From Tubiluchus corallicola (taxonomy: Eukaryota; Animalia; Priapulida), in contig JAQGDQ010000142.1 of the NCBI GenBank assembly GCA_030141605.1, forward strand, positions 248,001-312,000: a DNA stretch of 64,000 nucleotides, written 5' to 3'. Position numbers and translations under genes: made by a program. Below, one piece after another: positions 38,502-51,720 of this stretch. Numbering within the stretch: position 1 is the first letter of the stretch; every line of letters begins with the position of its first letter. The notes below the pieces were generated by a model, which saw only the letters and a program-made list of their open reading frames with translations, did not search any database and had not been told where the DNA came from.

Positions 38502-39501
38502 CAAGTCAAAGTTATAATTATGTGTAAGAAACAGGCCAATTCTAACTTCAACTTTATCGCCTTTCGAGACATTTCTGGCTGTTTTTCATGTTACATCAAG
38601 ACTTCAGGGGAAATCAAGGCTTAATGATACTATTACATGAAGATGTTCCCAACTTCACTCTGGCCTTTGACTTCCTTTTGGCTTTTGCTTCCTGTGCTCA
38701 GAGTTTGACGAAGCAGCTAAATTAAACAGTTTGTCCAAGTAATTAATTAAGTGATTAATGTAAGCCTGACCTAGCATGCATCTACTGTTGGTGATAATTA
38801 TTAACTTATTCCGTTTTCTTGATAAATTTCTGTACGGATAGACGAAAGGCTGGATGGATGGCCTTCGTCAATTCAGTTCTATTTTCATGTCATAGTAATT
38901 AAAAGGAACTACAAATAGTTTTGCTAGATTTGGTGGCATTGGCATCAGCCACTTTCCATATGCGAATGCAACTAGGCATTGCCTTGAACCTCCAAACAGA
39001 GTGTTGGACAAGCTAGCAAACATACACGCATGCAAATAAACACAAAGATACACGATGCTGCTCCACTTGGTGGATGTGAGTAATAATGTGAAGATGTGAA
39101 GGATGCAAAGAAGAAGAAGAAAGTGAAAAAGAAATATTGACGAAGTACTAAGGTTCTTTTCCCTGGCGTGACTCCATATTGATTTCTGCAGTAGCTGAGC
39201 TGATTGATCTATTTCTCTTTTATATTCTCATGTGAATCTAATCTTCATTTTCAGCATCATTTCATTCGCTTTTCATTGTCATTTCCTTACCTTCATTATC
39301 AACCTAGTATATTTCAAACTCTTGGTCGGAGCCGATATCTCATTATCTAGTGTAATTTAAATCTTTGTCTTCTTTGTAGTAGTAATAGCTATATTGTAAT
39401 GTATGTAACAACGTATTATATTATGGCACTTTAGAAATACACTAAGCTAAAGTTAACTAATCTAATCTCTGCTATAGTGATGACAGTTTAAATGATCGTA
39501 C

Positions 39502-39648
39502 TTGAATAGGTTTTTCATCAACAGGGGACAATATTTCGCTACACACAGCTAACATCCCCAATCCCAGGGAAACAGCCTGGTCAGCATGAGTAGTTGTCGC
39601 CATCACTAGTCCAGCCACCGCCATGTATGCGTCTCCAATGGTTTCTAC
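39502..39648 (-). CDS. Soluble guanylyl cyclase exon (VETIGDAY), not in the ORF track
   Basis: tttgtttag| VETIGDAYMAVAGLVMATTTHADQAVSLGLGMLAVCSEILSPVDEKPIQ |GTACGA. 147 nt, phase 0-0. Confidence 0.95.
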
Positions 39649-40117
39649 CTAAACAAATTTATGTGTTGACAATACTGATATTTAGTTTTTAAAGTAAACA
39701 ATTGACACATTTGACAATTGAGATAATAACACATTGTAACATATTTTCTCAGTTGGCCAGAGTGGTATACTATACACATTTTTCAGCAACAGAAAAAGAA
39801 CAAAACCCGAAATAAGTACAAAATAATAAACGATTATGGAGATGATGGTAAAAGCCCGGAATTACTGATTCCTTTACAACCAATCCTGCATGAAAGAAAC
39901 AAAACACGAAAAATTTGGGATTAAGTCTATGTTTGTACCAAGAGCTTTTAAATTAGTCCAAAGCCATGACCACTGGAGTACTTAGTGTTTTAAGTTGTCT
40001 TGAGCGCAAAAACGCGTTTTCCGTATGGCGCTGCGACTAAAAATGAAATTATATAAAATGATTAAAAACGTTTAAAAGATTTTTTGTTTATTATTCTGTT
40101 GCGGACAAAGCATTTAA

Positions 40118-40666
40118 AGGAAAGACAAAGCCTTCGGAAAAATTAGGCTTATTTCAAAGTTTGCGGAAAATGTTAGAAGGGTTTAGTAATAAAAGTGTGA
40201 TAAGCGCCTCGTGTAATTAGTAAAATCAGTTTAAAGTGCCGCGATTATTTCAAGCTTGGGCGCTCCCATTTTGAATGCCGATTCTCACACCAATGATGTC
40301 GTTCATCGGGTGAAGAAAACAAGCACACCGTCAATTGCTGTCAAAAGTAGAAAAAGTGTTTACAAAAAATTAGACAGCTAATTTTGAGACATTTTTGCAT
40401 GAACATTAGGTAAGCTGTAAAGGCTTGAATTAGTTTAATAAGCAGTGCGTGCGAAAAGCCACGACGTGCTTACGAAAAGTCACGAAGTCCACCAGTTACG
40501 TCGTGATTTTCAAGTGAATGGCGGTTACCACCACGCCGGAAAATTTCTATACAAATTAACTTTACGCTTTATAGACAATTTTTTCGTGAATTTGTTTGTC
40601 ATATTTTTCTAAATTTAGGCGATAGCAGTAAAATAAAGCCAGCTTGCTAAGTGATTTGTCCTTTCT
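40118..40666 (+). mobile_element. Kolobok-like non-autonomous DNA transposon, copy 1
   Basis: TTAA|AGGAAAGACAAA ... TTTGTCCTTTCT|TTTA. Colinear with the copy at 46118-46647 (shared gaaaatgttagaag..tttagtaataaaa, gcgcctcgtgta.ttagtaaaatca, ccaccagttacgtc, gatagcagtaaaataaa). Confidence 0.7.
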
Positions 40667-40888
40667 TTTATTTTATAGCCTAAATATATAGATCATTAGA
40701 TTAAATAATTTAAGTGTGCACAACAGAAAGCCAAGTTCATTTGAAAGTCGAATTGAAGAAACATGAAGCTGAAATTAAAATGAAATAACAGAATCATCAA
40801 TAATTGACAAAAGCAATTCTCAAAGAACACGTACATAAAACGCAACTTTCTCCAAGAAAAAATATATAGAAAGAACCGGATAAACTAC

Positions 40889-41987
40889 CTTGTAGAGATC
40901 ATTCATTTGGCAGAGGTTGTCGAAGTAACTGTACATTTTGTTCAGCAACACCACAATGTCTATTGGCTTCACACTCTCAGAACTGCACATTGCTGTGAAG
41001 TCAACAACGTCCGAAAACAGAATCGTCACAAGTTCAAACTGTTCCGGCTCGATGATGGTATGCGCCAACAACTTCTCCACCACAGGGGACGGCAGAATTT
41101 GTTGAAGCAAAGTTTCAGCGCGAAGCTTCTCGAGCTGTAGTTGCCCACTGAGGATCCTCAATTCATTCATGGCTTCTTCCAAGCGTTCCATGATTTGTCT
41201 ATCTGTCCTCCTGTAGTGGCTGATCAGAAGGAAGTCTCTCACCTTGTCGTGTAGAGGAAAGTCGCTTAGATGAAGCCCATTTCTAGGGAGTTCATCAAGG
41301 GAACTTATGCGAGGAGAGCAAAGAAAAAGGACACAGTCTACCTCACTGAGGAATACCATTTCTCCCTTCAGACGAAGAAATGTCCGATTTGATGTCCCGC
41401 CTTGCTTATACGTTTCTTGTGACTGTGAGCAACATTTTAGCTCAACAACAAAAACGGCGTGATTGTGCAATACGATGGACTCAAATGTGCAGTCTGAATG
41501 TGGTCGCACTATGGTACAGATTTCTGAGAATAAGACACGGTTTAAGGGTTTCCCAGATGTGACAATGAAACGCCAGAAACAAGTTCCAGCTTGAATTATT
41601 TCCATATTACGATTGATAATGAAAGAGAAAGGGAAGATTTGGTTGAATATGTTAACATTTAGACACAGGTCATTGGGATCACTTGTGGGAAACGCTACAG
41701 AAGACTGGATAGACGGGAGAAAATTAGAAGACTTCTCGTCAGATGAGTTTGGCAACAATAAGGCTTCTTTTTCTAAGGGAGACACGTTTTTGTCTGGCTG
41801 CTCCTGCAGAATTCGCAACACTACGTGGTTTTCAAATTGCGACAGGTCAGGAACCACAGATATGGAAACGGTTTGATGGAAAAAAGCCTCTGCTACGTAT
41901 TTAACGATGCCGGTAACGATGGGATGCATTCCTTGTCTTGAGCTAAAATAGTGGAGAAGAAGAGATCCGTCTTTACCCTCATCACAT
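40889..41987 (-). CDS. Soluble guanylyl cyclase large exon: end of H-NOX, PAS/HNOBA, coiled coil, start of catalytic domain
   Basis: catttctccag| phase 2, CDEGKDGSLLLHYFSSRQGMHPIVTGIV (YxSxR), FPFSFII, LKGEMV, LFLCSP, GLHLSDFPLHD, LLQQILP, VTILFSDVVDFT, DLYK |GTAGTT. 1099 nt. Confidence 0.96.
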
Positions 41988-42119
41988 CTGGAGAAATGAA
42001 AAGGAGAAAGGAGAATAATTAAGTGTTTAATAGTGTAAATGTAAAATGCAAACTAATAACGTAGTGGTTAACAAAATGCCCTTCAATGCTGCAGCCATTG
42101 TCACTGCTACCAGCGAAAA

Positions 42120-42500
42120 CAACCGTCAACACCGTCACCACTAACACCACCACCACCATCAATGTTAATGCCAACACCAACACCAGCACCGCCATCCCTA
42201 CCACACCACTACCACTACTACCACCACCACTACCATCAATGTTAACGCCAACACCAACACCGCCACCCCTACCACATCACTACCACTACTACCACTACCA
42301 CCACCACCACCACCAAAACTGCCACTGTCTCAGCCACTGCCACCGCCACCGGTATCGCCAACTTCCACCACCAGCACTAACATCAACGTAATTGCTACAA
42401 CCACTGCCATCACCATCATCCCCAGCAACACAACCACCAACACTACAACCACATCCACATCCACAAACACCAACTCCAACACCATCAACACCACCAGCGA
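42120..42500. repeat. Degenerate (CCA/ACC)n low-complexity intronic tract
   Basis: Direct reading; source of spurious Pro/Thr/His-rich ORFs. Confidence 0.85.
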
Positions 42501-42667
42501 TTACAAACAAGCTACAAGCAATTATCAAAATTGATAAAACTAACGCAAAACATTTGATAAGAATATGTGGTTTTTGCAAATCAAAATTATTCGCACAGTA
42601 TGTTTCAAATCGCAATATTTTTGTGAAATGACAAAGTGAACAGTGTGTCAAGATAAAACTGTTTAAC

Positions 42668-42851
42668 CTGAATGACGGAGCACTCATCATTGAATACTGA
42701 CTCTCCAAATGATCGTGTAGAGCATCTAAGTTGTTGAGGTAGTCCTTCAGATTTCCACCAAGAACTCGCAGTATTCTATCATAACCCATCTCTATGCAGT
42801 AGGGAACAAAGTGCTTCCCGAACGCTTCCAGTGCCACTTCTAATGGGATGT
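42668..42851 (-). CDS. Soluble guanylyl cyclase H-NOX exon with the proximal heme histidine
   Basis: ctcttccag| phase 1-2, [62 protein letters not shown] |[15 protein letters not shown] matches the beta1 His105 motif. Confidence 0.96.
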
Positions 42852-43248
42852 CTGGAAGAGGAGTTTCCGTCAGTTCAGAATAATACAACAACTAGCAACC
42901 GTTTTACAGTTTTTGATTTTCATACTACTATTACTATTGCTACTGCTACTACTACTGCGACTGTGACTGCCACTGCAACTGCCACTGCAACTGCAACTGC
43001 CACTACTACTATTTGGCAGAAAAGTCGTAGACCTTACAAGACGCTATTTTGAATGGTGCGGTCCTGAAAATTGCCATTTTGATTTTGAATCGCCAGTTAA
43101 AGTCGCCATCTTGATTTAGAAAATTTCCTCCACCTAAAATTACTTTAGTAATTTAACGGAAACAAGCTCGTGAGCCTACCTACCTAGTTACAAAGCAATC
43201 ATTTTGCTATACGTTTTAGACGGATACAAAAATCTAAATTTCACTTAC

Positions 43249-43352
43249 CGGCTACTTCAGCAGTTGCAAGAACAAGTTGCAAAGTTATTGAGTCTTTGTA
43301 TTTTCTGTGTAAAAGAAACGTCCCACCTTGCAATTCTATGCCACATTTTTTC
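43249..43352 (-). CDS. Soluble guanylyl cyclase H-NOX exon 3
   Basis: cttgttttag| 104 nt, phase 2-1, KKCGIELQGGTFLLHRKYKDSITLQLVLATAEVA |GTAAGT. Confidence 0.9.
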
Positions 43353-43798
43353 CTAAAACAAGAGTAAGCAAACTATATCCGAAGTAATCCACAAAATAAA
43401 ATAAAGACTTCTTGACACGATAGCTATATTAGTTTAGTCGTCTTGTTTTACGTTGAATTTTTTTTCTTTTTTATTTTAATTAAGTAGCTTTAAATTTTGA
43501 TACGAATAGAAACACAAGTTACATAATTTTAGAGGCAAAAGCTCTACAATTTTTGAATTGCTTTAACCTTGGACCACTCACTGAGGACCACTAATTAACT
43601 CACCATCCTGGACCTTTTCAAGTATCCAAAATTTGGTGCACAGCAGTTTATGCTTGCAGTTTTTGAGTCGTAGGTGTTACATAATAACAGCCGTGAAATA
43701 CAGACTAACGACTGTGCATTGCTCTGCCTATCCTGTGAGCGTTTCAATAGGGACTAGTACCAAAATTTTACATATTTAGTTTAGTTATTATAACTTAC

Positions 43799-43872
43799 AA
43801 AATTAAATTTAGAGCTTCTTCTCCGAAGTTTTTCCTCACCAGATCCGCTAGGCAGCCATGTATGAATCCATA
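43799..43872 (-). CDS. Soluble guanylyl cyclase H-NOX exon 2 (YGFIH...)
   Basis: gccttccag| 74 nt, phase 0-2, YGFIHGCLADLVRKNFGEEALNLI |GTAAGT. Corresponds to the (M)YGFVN start of beta subunits, with the Met on an upstream exon. Confidence 0.92.
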
Positions 43873-43901
43873 CTGGAAGGCAAGTATTAGTGTATTAGTA
43901 T

Positions 43902-44371
<470 letters not shown>

Positions 44372-45599
44372 CAGCCTAGGTAAGTAAGTAATACTGCCTA
44401 GAGATGCCAAAATGTTGAAAATTTAGTGAATGAAAAGCCACATTGCGTGGAGAATGACAATGCCCACCTGCGTAACTGTGTACTCAACATGTTATTGCAG
44501 GTTACTATTTACTTATTCGATGTAATTTGTAAAAGCCACGCAGGAAAGAATTAAACTACGCCATAGAACCTGTTTCCGAGAAGCCAATACCTGAAGCGTC
44601 CTAATCAAGAAGCCAGTCTTTAAAGGTTAATATGTTAATTTATGGCGGCTTCGTTATCGCTAGGCGGATTAAGACGCTAATCCTCATGAACCTGTGATTA
44701 AACTGTCTGATGCAGCCCTGTTAATACTATCACTATTACTAGTATTACTATTACTATAAAACTAGTAAACTATTACTATTATAACTACTACTATAAGTGA
44801 TAATTACTATTGTAAACTACATGAACTGTACACAAAGGAGACTGTGCGAGAAAACTCTATAGCAAGAGTCGCAGAGTTCTGAAAAGCGTTCACTAAGCCT
44901 TATTTGTTTAGCAACAATGAGCTAATTATTATAATAGGTACAACAGTGTTTGTCGTGATAAAGTTGACATTGACATTGACATTATTTGTCATGATAAAGT
45001 TGACACTGCTCTGTTATAACGGGCTACAAAATAAATAATTACCATCCATCCAGCCATTATTGTTGTGTACTCTATTAGTTTTGTCGATCTAAGCAAATTA
45101 AACATTGAATTCCTGATCGCAAAGACTTGGCATAGTGCCTCTGTAAATACCATTGAATTAAGCGCACACGCAATGTTACGTGTTTGCTCAAATTACGCAA
45201 TATGGATGGTTCGCGCATTAATGATCTTTTGCTTGCGTGTACCAGTTGTTGTACACTGTGACACGTTAATTTCTTTTTTACTTGACAATTTGAGATTGTC
45301 AGTATTATTACTATTGTTATTGTTATTGTTATCGTTATCCTTATCGTTATCATTATTGTTATTGTTATCGTCATATTTATCATTGTTATTATTATTTACA
45401 TTTCATTCTTATTCCTTTCTCTCTTCTTTTTATTATTATTTATTTTATACCAAAATACATTAAAATCATAGAATTACGCAATAAAGCTCACAAAAGGAAG
45501 GTTAAAAAACAAACAAAATAAACAATGTAACAATAAAGAGGACAACACACCCTCAGTAAAAATGCTTAAAAATAAACAAAAATAAAAAAAACAATTACA

Positions 45600-46020
45600 A
45601 GCAACAATCAGCTGGATCAGTGTAATTAAATGTAGTCACTAATATGCAGTAACTACGTTTTGACAATTTTATTTGTTCAGTTATTCATTCCAATATATAT
45701 TTCAAAGATAGCCAAATATCTTCAACTTTCTCTAGTATCCCAAGATCGGCACCTGCGTATTTTTCCAGCTTACATATATTTAATACAACTCATTGGGAAA
45801 TTAAAATTCAGTGCTTGTAATTTGCTTTAGGACACCAAATTTAATATTTTACTATTAAAATAGTCTTATTTAAACATTAGAATTTTTTATACTGAAACTT
45901 TATCAGTATACTGAAGATTACATCTAACGTATTAATTTCTAATGCATTACTTGTGGAATTCACCCACCATTGTTAGCAGAGAAATTTTGGTCCGTAACTG
46001 AGTTTATCACAGTCCCCTTC
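45600..46020 (-). mobile_element. Decayed 3' fragment of an L1/Tx1-like LINE
   Basis: Minus-strand translation with stops: WWVNSTSNALEINTLDVIFS...CLNKTILIVKY*IW, resembling the N..IL..KY.IW C-terminal motif of L1/Tx1 ORF2. Followed on that strand by T-rich tail-like sequence. Confidence 0.45.
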
Positions 46021-46117
46021 TAAAATTAATTGTGTCCATTCGTCGGTTAAATTACTCAGTGTTCGTTATTACTTTAAGAATAATACGAAGACATTTTTAC
46101 AAAATAATGTCTTTTAA

Positions 46118-46647
46118 AGGAAACGCCAAGTTAGGTTTATTTAAATATTCGCGAAAAATGTTAGAAGAATTTAGTAATAAAAATGCGATGAGCGCCTCGT
46201 GTAGTTAGTAAAATCACAAGTCGCGATCATTTCACGCTTAGACCCTCCCATCTTGAACATCGATTCTTCCACCAATAACGCCATTCATCTCCTGAAGAAA
46301 AACAGTGCACTGTCAATTTCCGTTTAAAGTCTGATACGTTTCACAAAAAATGAAGTGGCTAATTTTGTGATACTTTTCCAAACTGGAAAGCTGTTTGGTA
46401 AGTTGCAGAAATAGTTGAAATAGTTTAAACAGCGTGCGCCTACGAAAAGTCAGGAAGTTCCACCAGTTACGTCATGATACTGAAATAAATTACTGCTAAC
46501 ACCACGCCTGAAAATTTCTATACAGCAGTAGTGTAAATTAACTTTTTTGTTTACAGAAAGTCTTTTTGCAATTTTTTGTTATATTTTTCTAAATTAAAAT
46601 GATAGCAGTAAAATAAACCTAACGTGGTAATTAAAAAATGTCCTTGC
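46118..46647 (+). mobile_element. Kolobok-like non-autonomous DNA transposon, copy 2
   Basis: TTAA|AGGAAACGCC ... TGTCCTTGC|TTAA. Homologous to 40118-40666. Confidence 0.7.
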
Positions 46648-48728
46648 TTAAAAGAAAACCTACGAAAACGCATAATCTAAACTTCAACAACATTAACATA
46701 TAAATGCGAATGTGGGTAGTTAATCAATTATTTATAATTAATGTCCAGATTATCATTAATACAGGTACAAACCCGCAGTTGATTAAAAATTATAACCACT
46801 AGGCACAGCGTCTCCAGGTGAATATGGCAATCCAAAGTCAAAACATTGACGGAAATCCAGGTTCAAATTTCATCAAAATCATATAATGAAATCATTTAAT
46901 TAGTCAAAATCTGAGCGATCTTGGTTTACCTACTATAAGCTATGAACTTTGCACTGCCATGATAATCACCCCCGTAATCACGACGGACGAGTGGTTATCA
47001 CATCGTCCTTGAAAGGCAAAGGTTCAAATTCAGACTGTGGATCACTTTTCACAATTGTGGGTTTGTACCAAAAAATAAGTTTATTTGTATTACTAAGGTA
47101 AGTGTATTAACGTTTTGCAAATCTTTTTTATCTGCCTACAAGGACAGTGAAATGGGTTCAAATAACATTTGAAGAACTTTGCTTTTATGTGCGCAGTAAA
47201 GCTCCATGCACGTCCAATCTACACAAACAGCATCCGTTCAGCAGCAGGTGGTTTGATTCTTTGCACAAGACACTTAAATAAATTGCCTAAATTGGAAAAC
47301 AGATAAGCTGTAATCGATATTTCATTTGAATAGGGCCCCATGCTAATTTATGTATGCAGTCACTTACATAAGTCATAAGTCACTCACATTACATAATGAT
47401 AGACAAATACTATACTATTCTGAGCTATAATTTGTTAATGTGTTGCAAGTGGATATTGGCATTGATTTATATGATGAAATTTTTGTGTTTTTCAAGCCTC
47501 ATGTTATATTGTTCAAACGTTTGCGTTGGTTAATCTTTCTGGTACAGCGTGTTTTTAGTGTTTAAAAGAAAACCGGATGATTGTGTAAATACGAGTTCAG
47601 AATAAAGAATGCTCTAAAATATTGGAAAATACAATAGCTTATTTTAAATCAAAGTTTAGATTAAATAATAATTACCGCGGATACTCAAATTTCGTTAAAC
47701 TTTCAAAGCTACGCGTGGCTCAGTGAATCTTGTAAGATTGGTAGCGGAGCCTTTTTGTCACATTCGCGTGGCCGACATATAGAAGGCGGTACCGTGATAA
47801 CCATGATCATGAACTGCTGTGTTAGTTTCATGACGTCATATGATGTAAAGCCCATTTTTCGTGACATCATGCGTTTAAGCAGTACTGTAACACCTATGCA
47901 AATGTGCCTGACGCACAAGGGAAGACGCCTGCCATTGCACAAACTGTGGTTAGTTTCTGACGTAGGCAATAGCTGTGTTCCGTTGCCGTTAATTAAATTT
48001 CTAAGCTAATTATTCAAATATAAGGAACAATTGTTGACTTTTATAGGCAAGAAAATGTATATTTTGGACAGTAAATTAAAATGAGATTGACAACTAAACA
48101 ATTGTCCGGTCTTCCTTTAATTTTATCGATCATTTAGATTTTATTATGTGATTATATACGCAATGCACCACTTTGCCGGGGGGCCTATAATGCTATTAAG
48201 ACGGCCATGACAAAACAGACACACCACAATGTATAAAAGGGATGACTACTGGTAAGAAAACTACAGTCCCTTCTGGTTTTGAATAATCCAGACTATCCCA
48301 TGACTTCGCACGTTAGTGACGTTACTATATCAACTTGGCTAAGTAATAGTCTACTGATTATAATCATACAATACATGTAATTTCATATTCCACGCGCAGT
48401 TTGACAAGCAAGAAAAACGCGTTTTTGCTGTGCTGAAATAGAAGCTGATTCCGTACAGTTATTAATGTGACACGAACTTGTTCAAAAAGATCTCTAAGTA
48501 CGCAAATTCGAAGCGTTAAATTGGTCGTGAGAACTTAGTAAGAAAAGGCTCTTTTTGCAGTGAGGGCGCAAAGAAAATGACGCATGGAACAGCTGTCAGA
48601 AAATCAGAAAATTTTCAGAAAATTTCCGATTTTTTCACACAAAAACTATGCAGCAAGAAAGCTCATTTCAGATAGAAACCACTCGTTTTTTACTGTTATC
48701 AAGCCATTTGTAGCCATTATTCGCCATC

Positions 48729-49010
48729 ATGGACAGCGAGGACGACGTAATGTTTTTTTGCTGAGCACTTACTACATAAAATGATTATGTTACAACAACA
48801 GTATTAATCACCGCTATTATTGAGTGCATTAAATTAACGAAACAAAACAGCATCGTGGTGTTGTTACAGTCTTGTATGGACATTTGAGAGTCGATTGGGA
48901 GAAATTTTACAGTAATGCTAGAATGACTCCGGGCACTTTCAACGAGTTATTAGTCTTGCTGCAGGACTTGATTACAAAAAAGATGTAAACTTCATAGATA
49001 ACATTGATCC
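48729..49010 (+). mobile_element. 5' fragment of a PIF/Harbinger (HARBI1-type) transposase, frameshifted
   Basis: MDSEDDVMFF..., then from 48851 HRGVVTVLYGHLRVDWEKFYSNARMTPGTFNELLVLLQDLITKK. This fits the F...FRM...TF..LL..L...I.K N-terminal motif of Harbinger transposases. Confidence 0.7.
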
Positions 49011-49262
49011 TCTAACTTTGTAATTTCATATTTTATATAATCATGTCTAAAGCAAATTACAGTTAACGTATTTCTGATATACAACGTGCAATTTATCATA
49101 TTAGTCAACGTAATGTCAGACCTGTTTATTAGCCTAGTTCTAATAATCACTTCAAAATAATATACCTATATAAAATAAACATTTGCGTGAGTTATATTTG
49201 TTTTTCACGAATATAACCAGCGCTGTTGCATTAATAAAACATAAAATCGTCTGTTTTTTATT

Positions 49263-49850
49263 TTATTTTTAGTTTTCATCAATGACATAACTGATAATTT
49301 GACAAGTGTAGTTCATTTGTATGCAGATGATACAAATTTGTTGCATTCAACTAAACATGTAACTGAAAGTATCTTGGAAGTGAACAATGATCTTGCAAAG
49401 GTTAAAACTTGGGGTGTGACAAATGGGGTGTATCTACGAATGTCAATAAAACAAAAGTTATTCTGTTTTCACGAAAAACTAACCCATCCTCTATGGAAGA
49501 GATAAAGATTGGTGGCAATTCTATTACAGTGGTTTCATCTGTTAAACACTTAGGTATTGTACTTGACATCAAACTTAGCTGGAACAAACATGTTGCGTAC
49601 ATAATTAACAAAATAAAATAATACACCCATTTGCCCTGCTTAAACATAAAATTAATTCTTTTCACTTTGTTGTTTTACTTAATAAGTCCTTTATAAGACC
49701 ATTGGTAGAATATGGAAATGTAATATGGGCAAATTATCTTAAAATTGAAAGTGTTCAATATAAAATAATGCTATGTATTGCTATGTATGTGTTGTTAACT
49801 GGCCGGTGGAGACGAGAACCTAGAAAGCACAGATTGTGTGACTGCGGTGC
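49263..49850 (+). mobile_element. 5'-truncated CR1/L2-group LINE reverse transcriptase fragment
   Basis: LFLVFINDITDNLTSVVHLYADDTNLL, NVNKTKVILFSRK, VKHLGIVLDIKLSWNKHV, RPLVEYG.VIW and GRWRREPRKHRLCDCG, with frameshifts and stops. Confidence 0.85.
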
Positions 49851-50081
49851 CCAGTAACGGAGCAAATTAGGAATAATTATCGTAAGACAAACTTCGCATA
49901 CGGTGCAGAGCTCTTTGAAAATGAGCTAGCTGTGTCATTTGCTATGACGCAAAGCAGACAGTGATTTACATCATCTCACTTTTTTGCCCGATATGTCTTT
50001 GTTTTTGGTACTATGTCGCTGTACCCGCAAACAGTATAAATTTGGACTAATATATTGTGAATTTGAAAAATTTTTGGTTAA

Positions 50082-50147
<66 letters not shown>

Positions 50148-50220
50148 CACCACCACCACCACCACCACCACCACCACCACCACCACCACCACCACCACCA
50201 CCACCACCACCACCACCACC

Positions 50221-50251
<31 letters not shown>

Positions 50252-50252
50252 T
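50082..50252. repeat. Compound (ACT)n-(ACC)n-(ACT)n microsatellite
   Basis: Direct reading. Confidence 0.97.
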
Positions 50253-51423
50253 TGTAGGAGCTATGAAAGGTATCTTAATCTGTTACTAGGTTTTTCCATC
50301 ACTGAAAGAAAGGAGCGAATTACTTACGGTCTCCATTTAGCAAAAAAATTATTATCATAATGCTCTTCAATACTTATGTGCTATTTTAGGAAAGTATCGT
50401 TCCAACAGACGTTACTCGGTGCGTGATCCGTACCTTTCAAAACTTACTGCTCAATTGTAGAACAGTTTTTTCAAAAGAACAGTTAGAGTATGGAGTAAGA
50501 TAAGTATTGAGTTAAGGCAAACGTGTGTTAGTAAAACTGTTTTAACCGCCTTGTTTCTAAGGAGTGGGAACATCCCATAATAAATCTCTGTGTAAAAAGC
50601 AATGGAGACAGAAAGCATGAAATGTTAACAAATAGATTTATTCAGAATTTTACACAGTTAAATTCTGATTTGTTAACTCGCAACCTAACAGATGGTCAAA
50701 TATGTTCTCGTAAACAGATCCGTTGAAAATTATGTACTTTATTTTTTTGAATGCAGACGTCATGGAAATGAACGCAGTGTTTTTCTAAATGCATTACTTT
50801 GTAACAATTTCGTTAGTCATAAGCAAATTGTCAATTTTAATTATAAATCTAGGTGTAATTCAATGATGAATTTATTGAACTCTTGCAATGATTAGCTTCT
50901 GTTTACCATAGTTCAAAATTTTATAAAATCAAAAAAGAGGTTTAAGGCAAAATAAATATTGAGTGTAGTAACTTTACTAACTGAAGAATGAGTACAATAT
51001 TTCTACTGTTCTTGCAGATTACAGCTTGCACTTCTTTTGGTGTAAATTCATGCATTGTTTAATTGAGATGATTTACTGCATTGTTTAATGCCCAGATGAT
51101 ATATATTATGCCTAATTGAAATATGTATGCCTAATTGATGTTACTTGCTGTGAAATTCTTATCGATTGTTAAGTTAGCACGAGTACTTTAACGCACTAAC
51201 TGAAAAGAAAGATAGGTTTTATGCTGAATTATGTTAAATGTTGTCCGTTGAACAAGAAAAAAGTAATTAAGTAGTTAAATTTTAGTGTGACTTCCGGATG
51301 CGTTGCACTGAAATGGCTTCCTCCACCAGCAAAGACAACACGCAAATTTTCGTTAAGACTCAACAACACAGTTAGTAGACATTCAAAGACATTCAATTCT
51401 TCAACTAATTTTTATGACATAAG

Positions 51424-51720
51424 TTAACTCGTCAAGTAACTCGCACGTCTGTTCAGACTAGAGAGTAAAATTTCCTGCGAGTTACTCTCCGACAGTAATC
51501 GCGAGCTGGCACTAACTTTTCTATTCGCTATGAGAGGTATAAGTAAGGTGTTCAAACTAGAGAGTAACTTGCAGCAAATCAACTCACAGCGCAACTGTTG
51601 GAGAATTTGTAATAATTCTACCGACAGTAACTCCCAAAGCAGTTGTGAGCGGTTCACATTTGCGAGATTGCTGCCAGATAGTAAGCTCGCGACACAAAAC
51701 TCGCTAGACTGTACGCGCGA
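51424..51720. mobile_element. PIF/Harbinger-like MITE fragment, related to 21116-21472
   Basis: Shared gttca.actagagagta and ggttcacatttgcga...aaaactcgctagactg. Confidence 0.55.
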
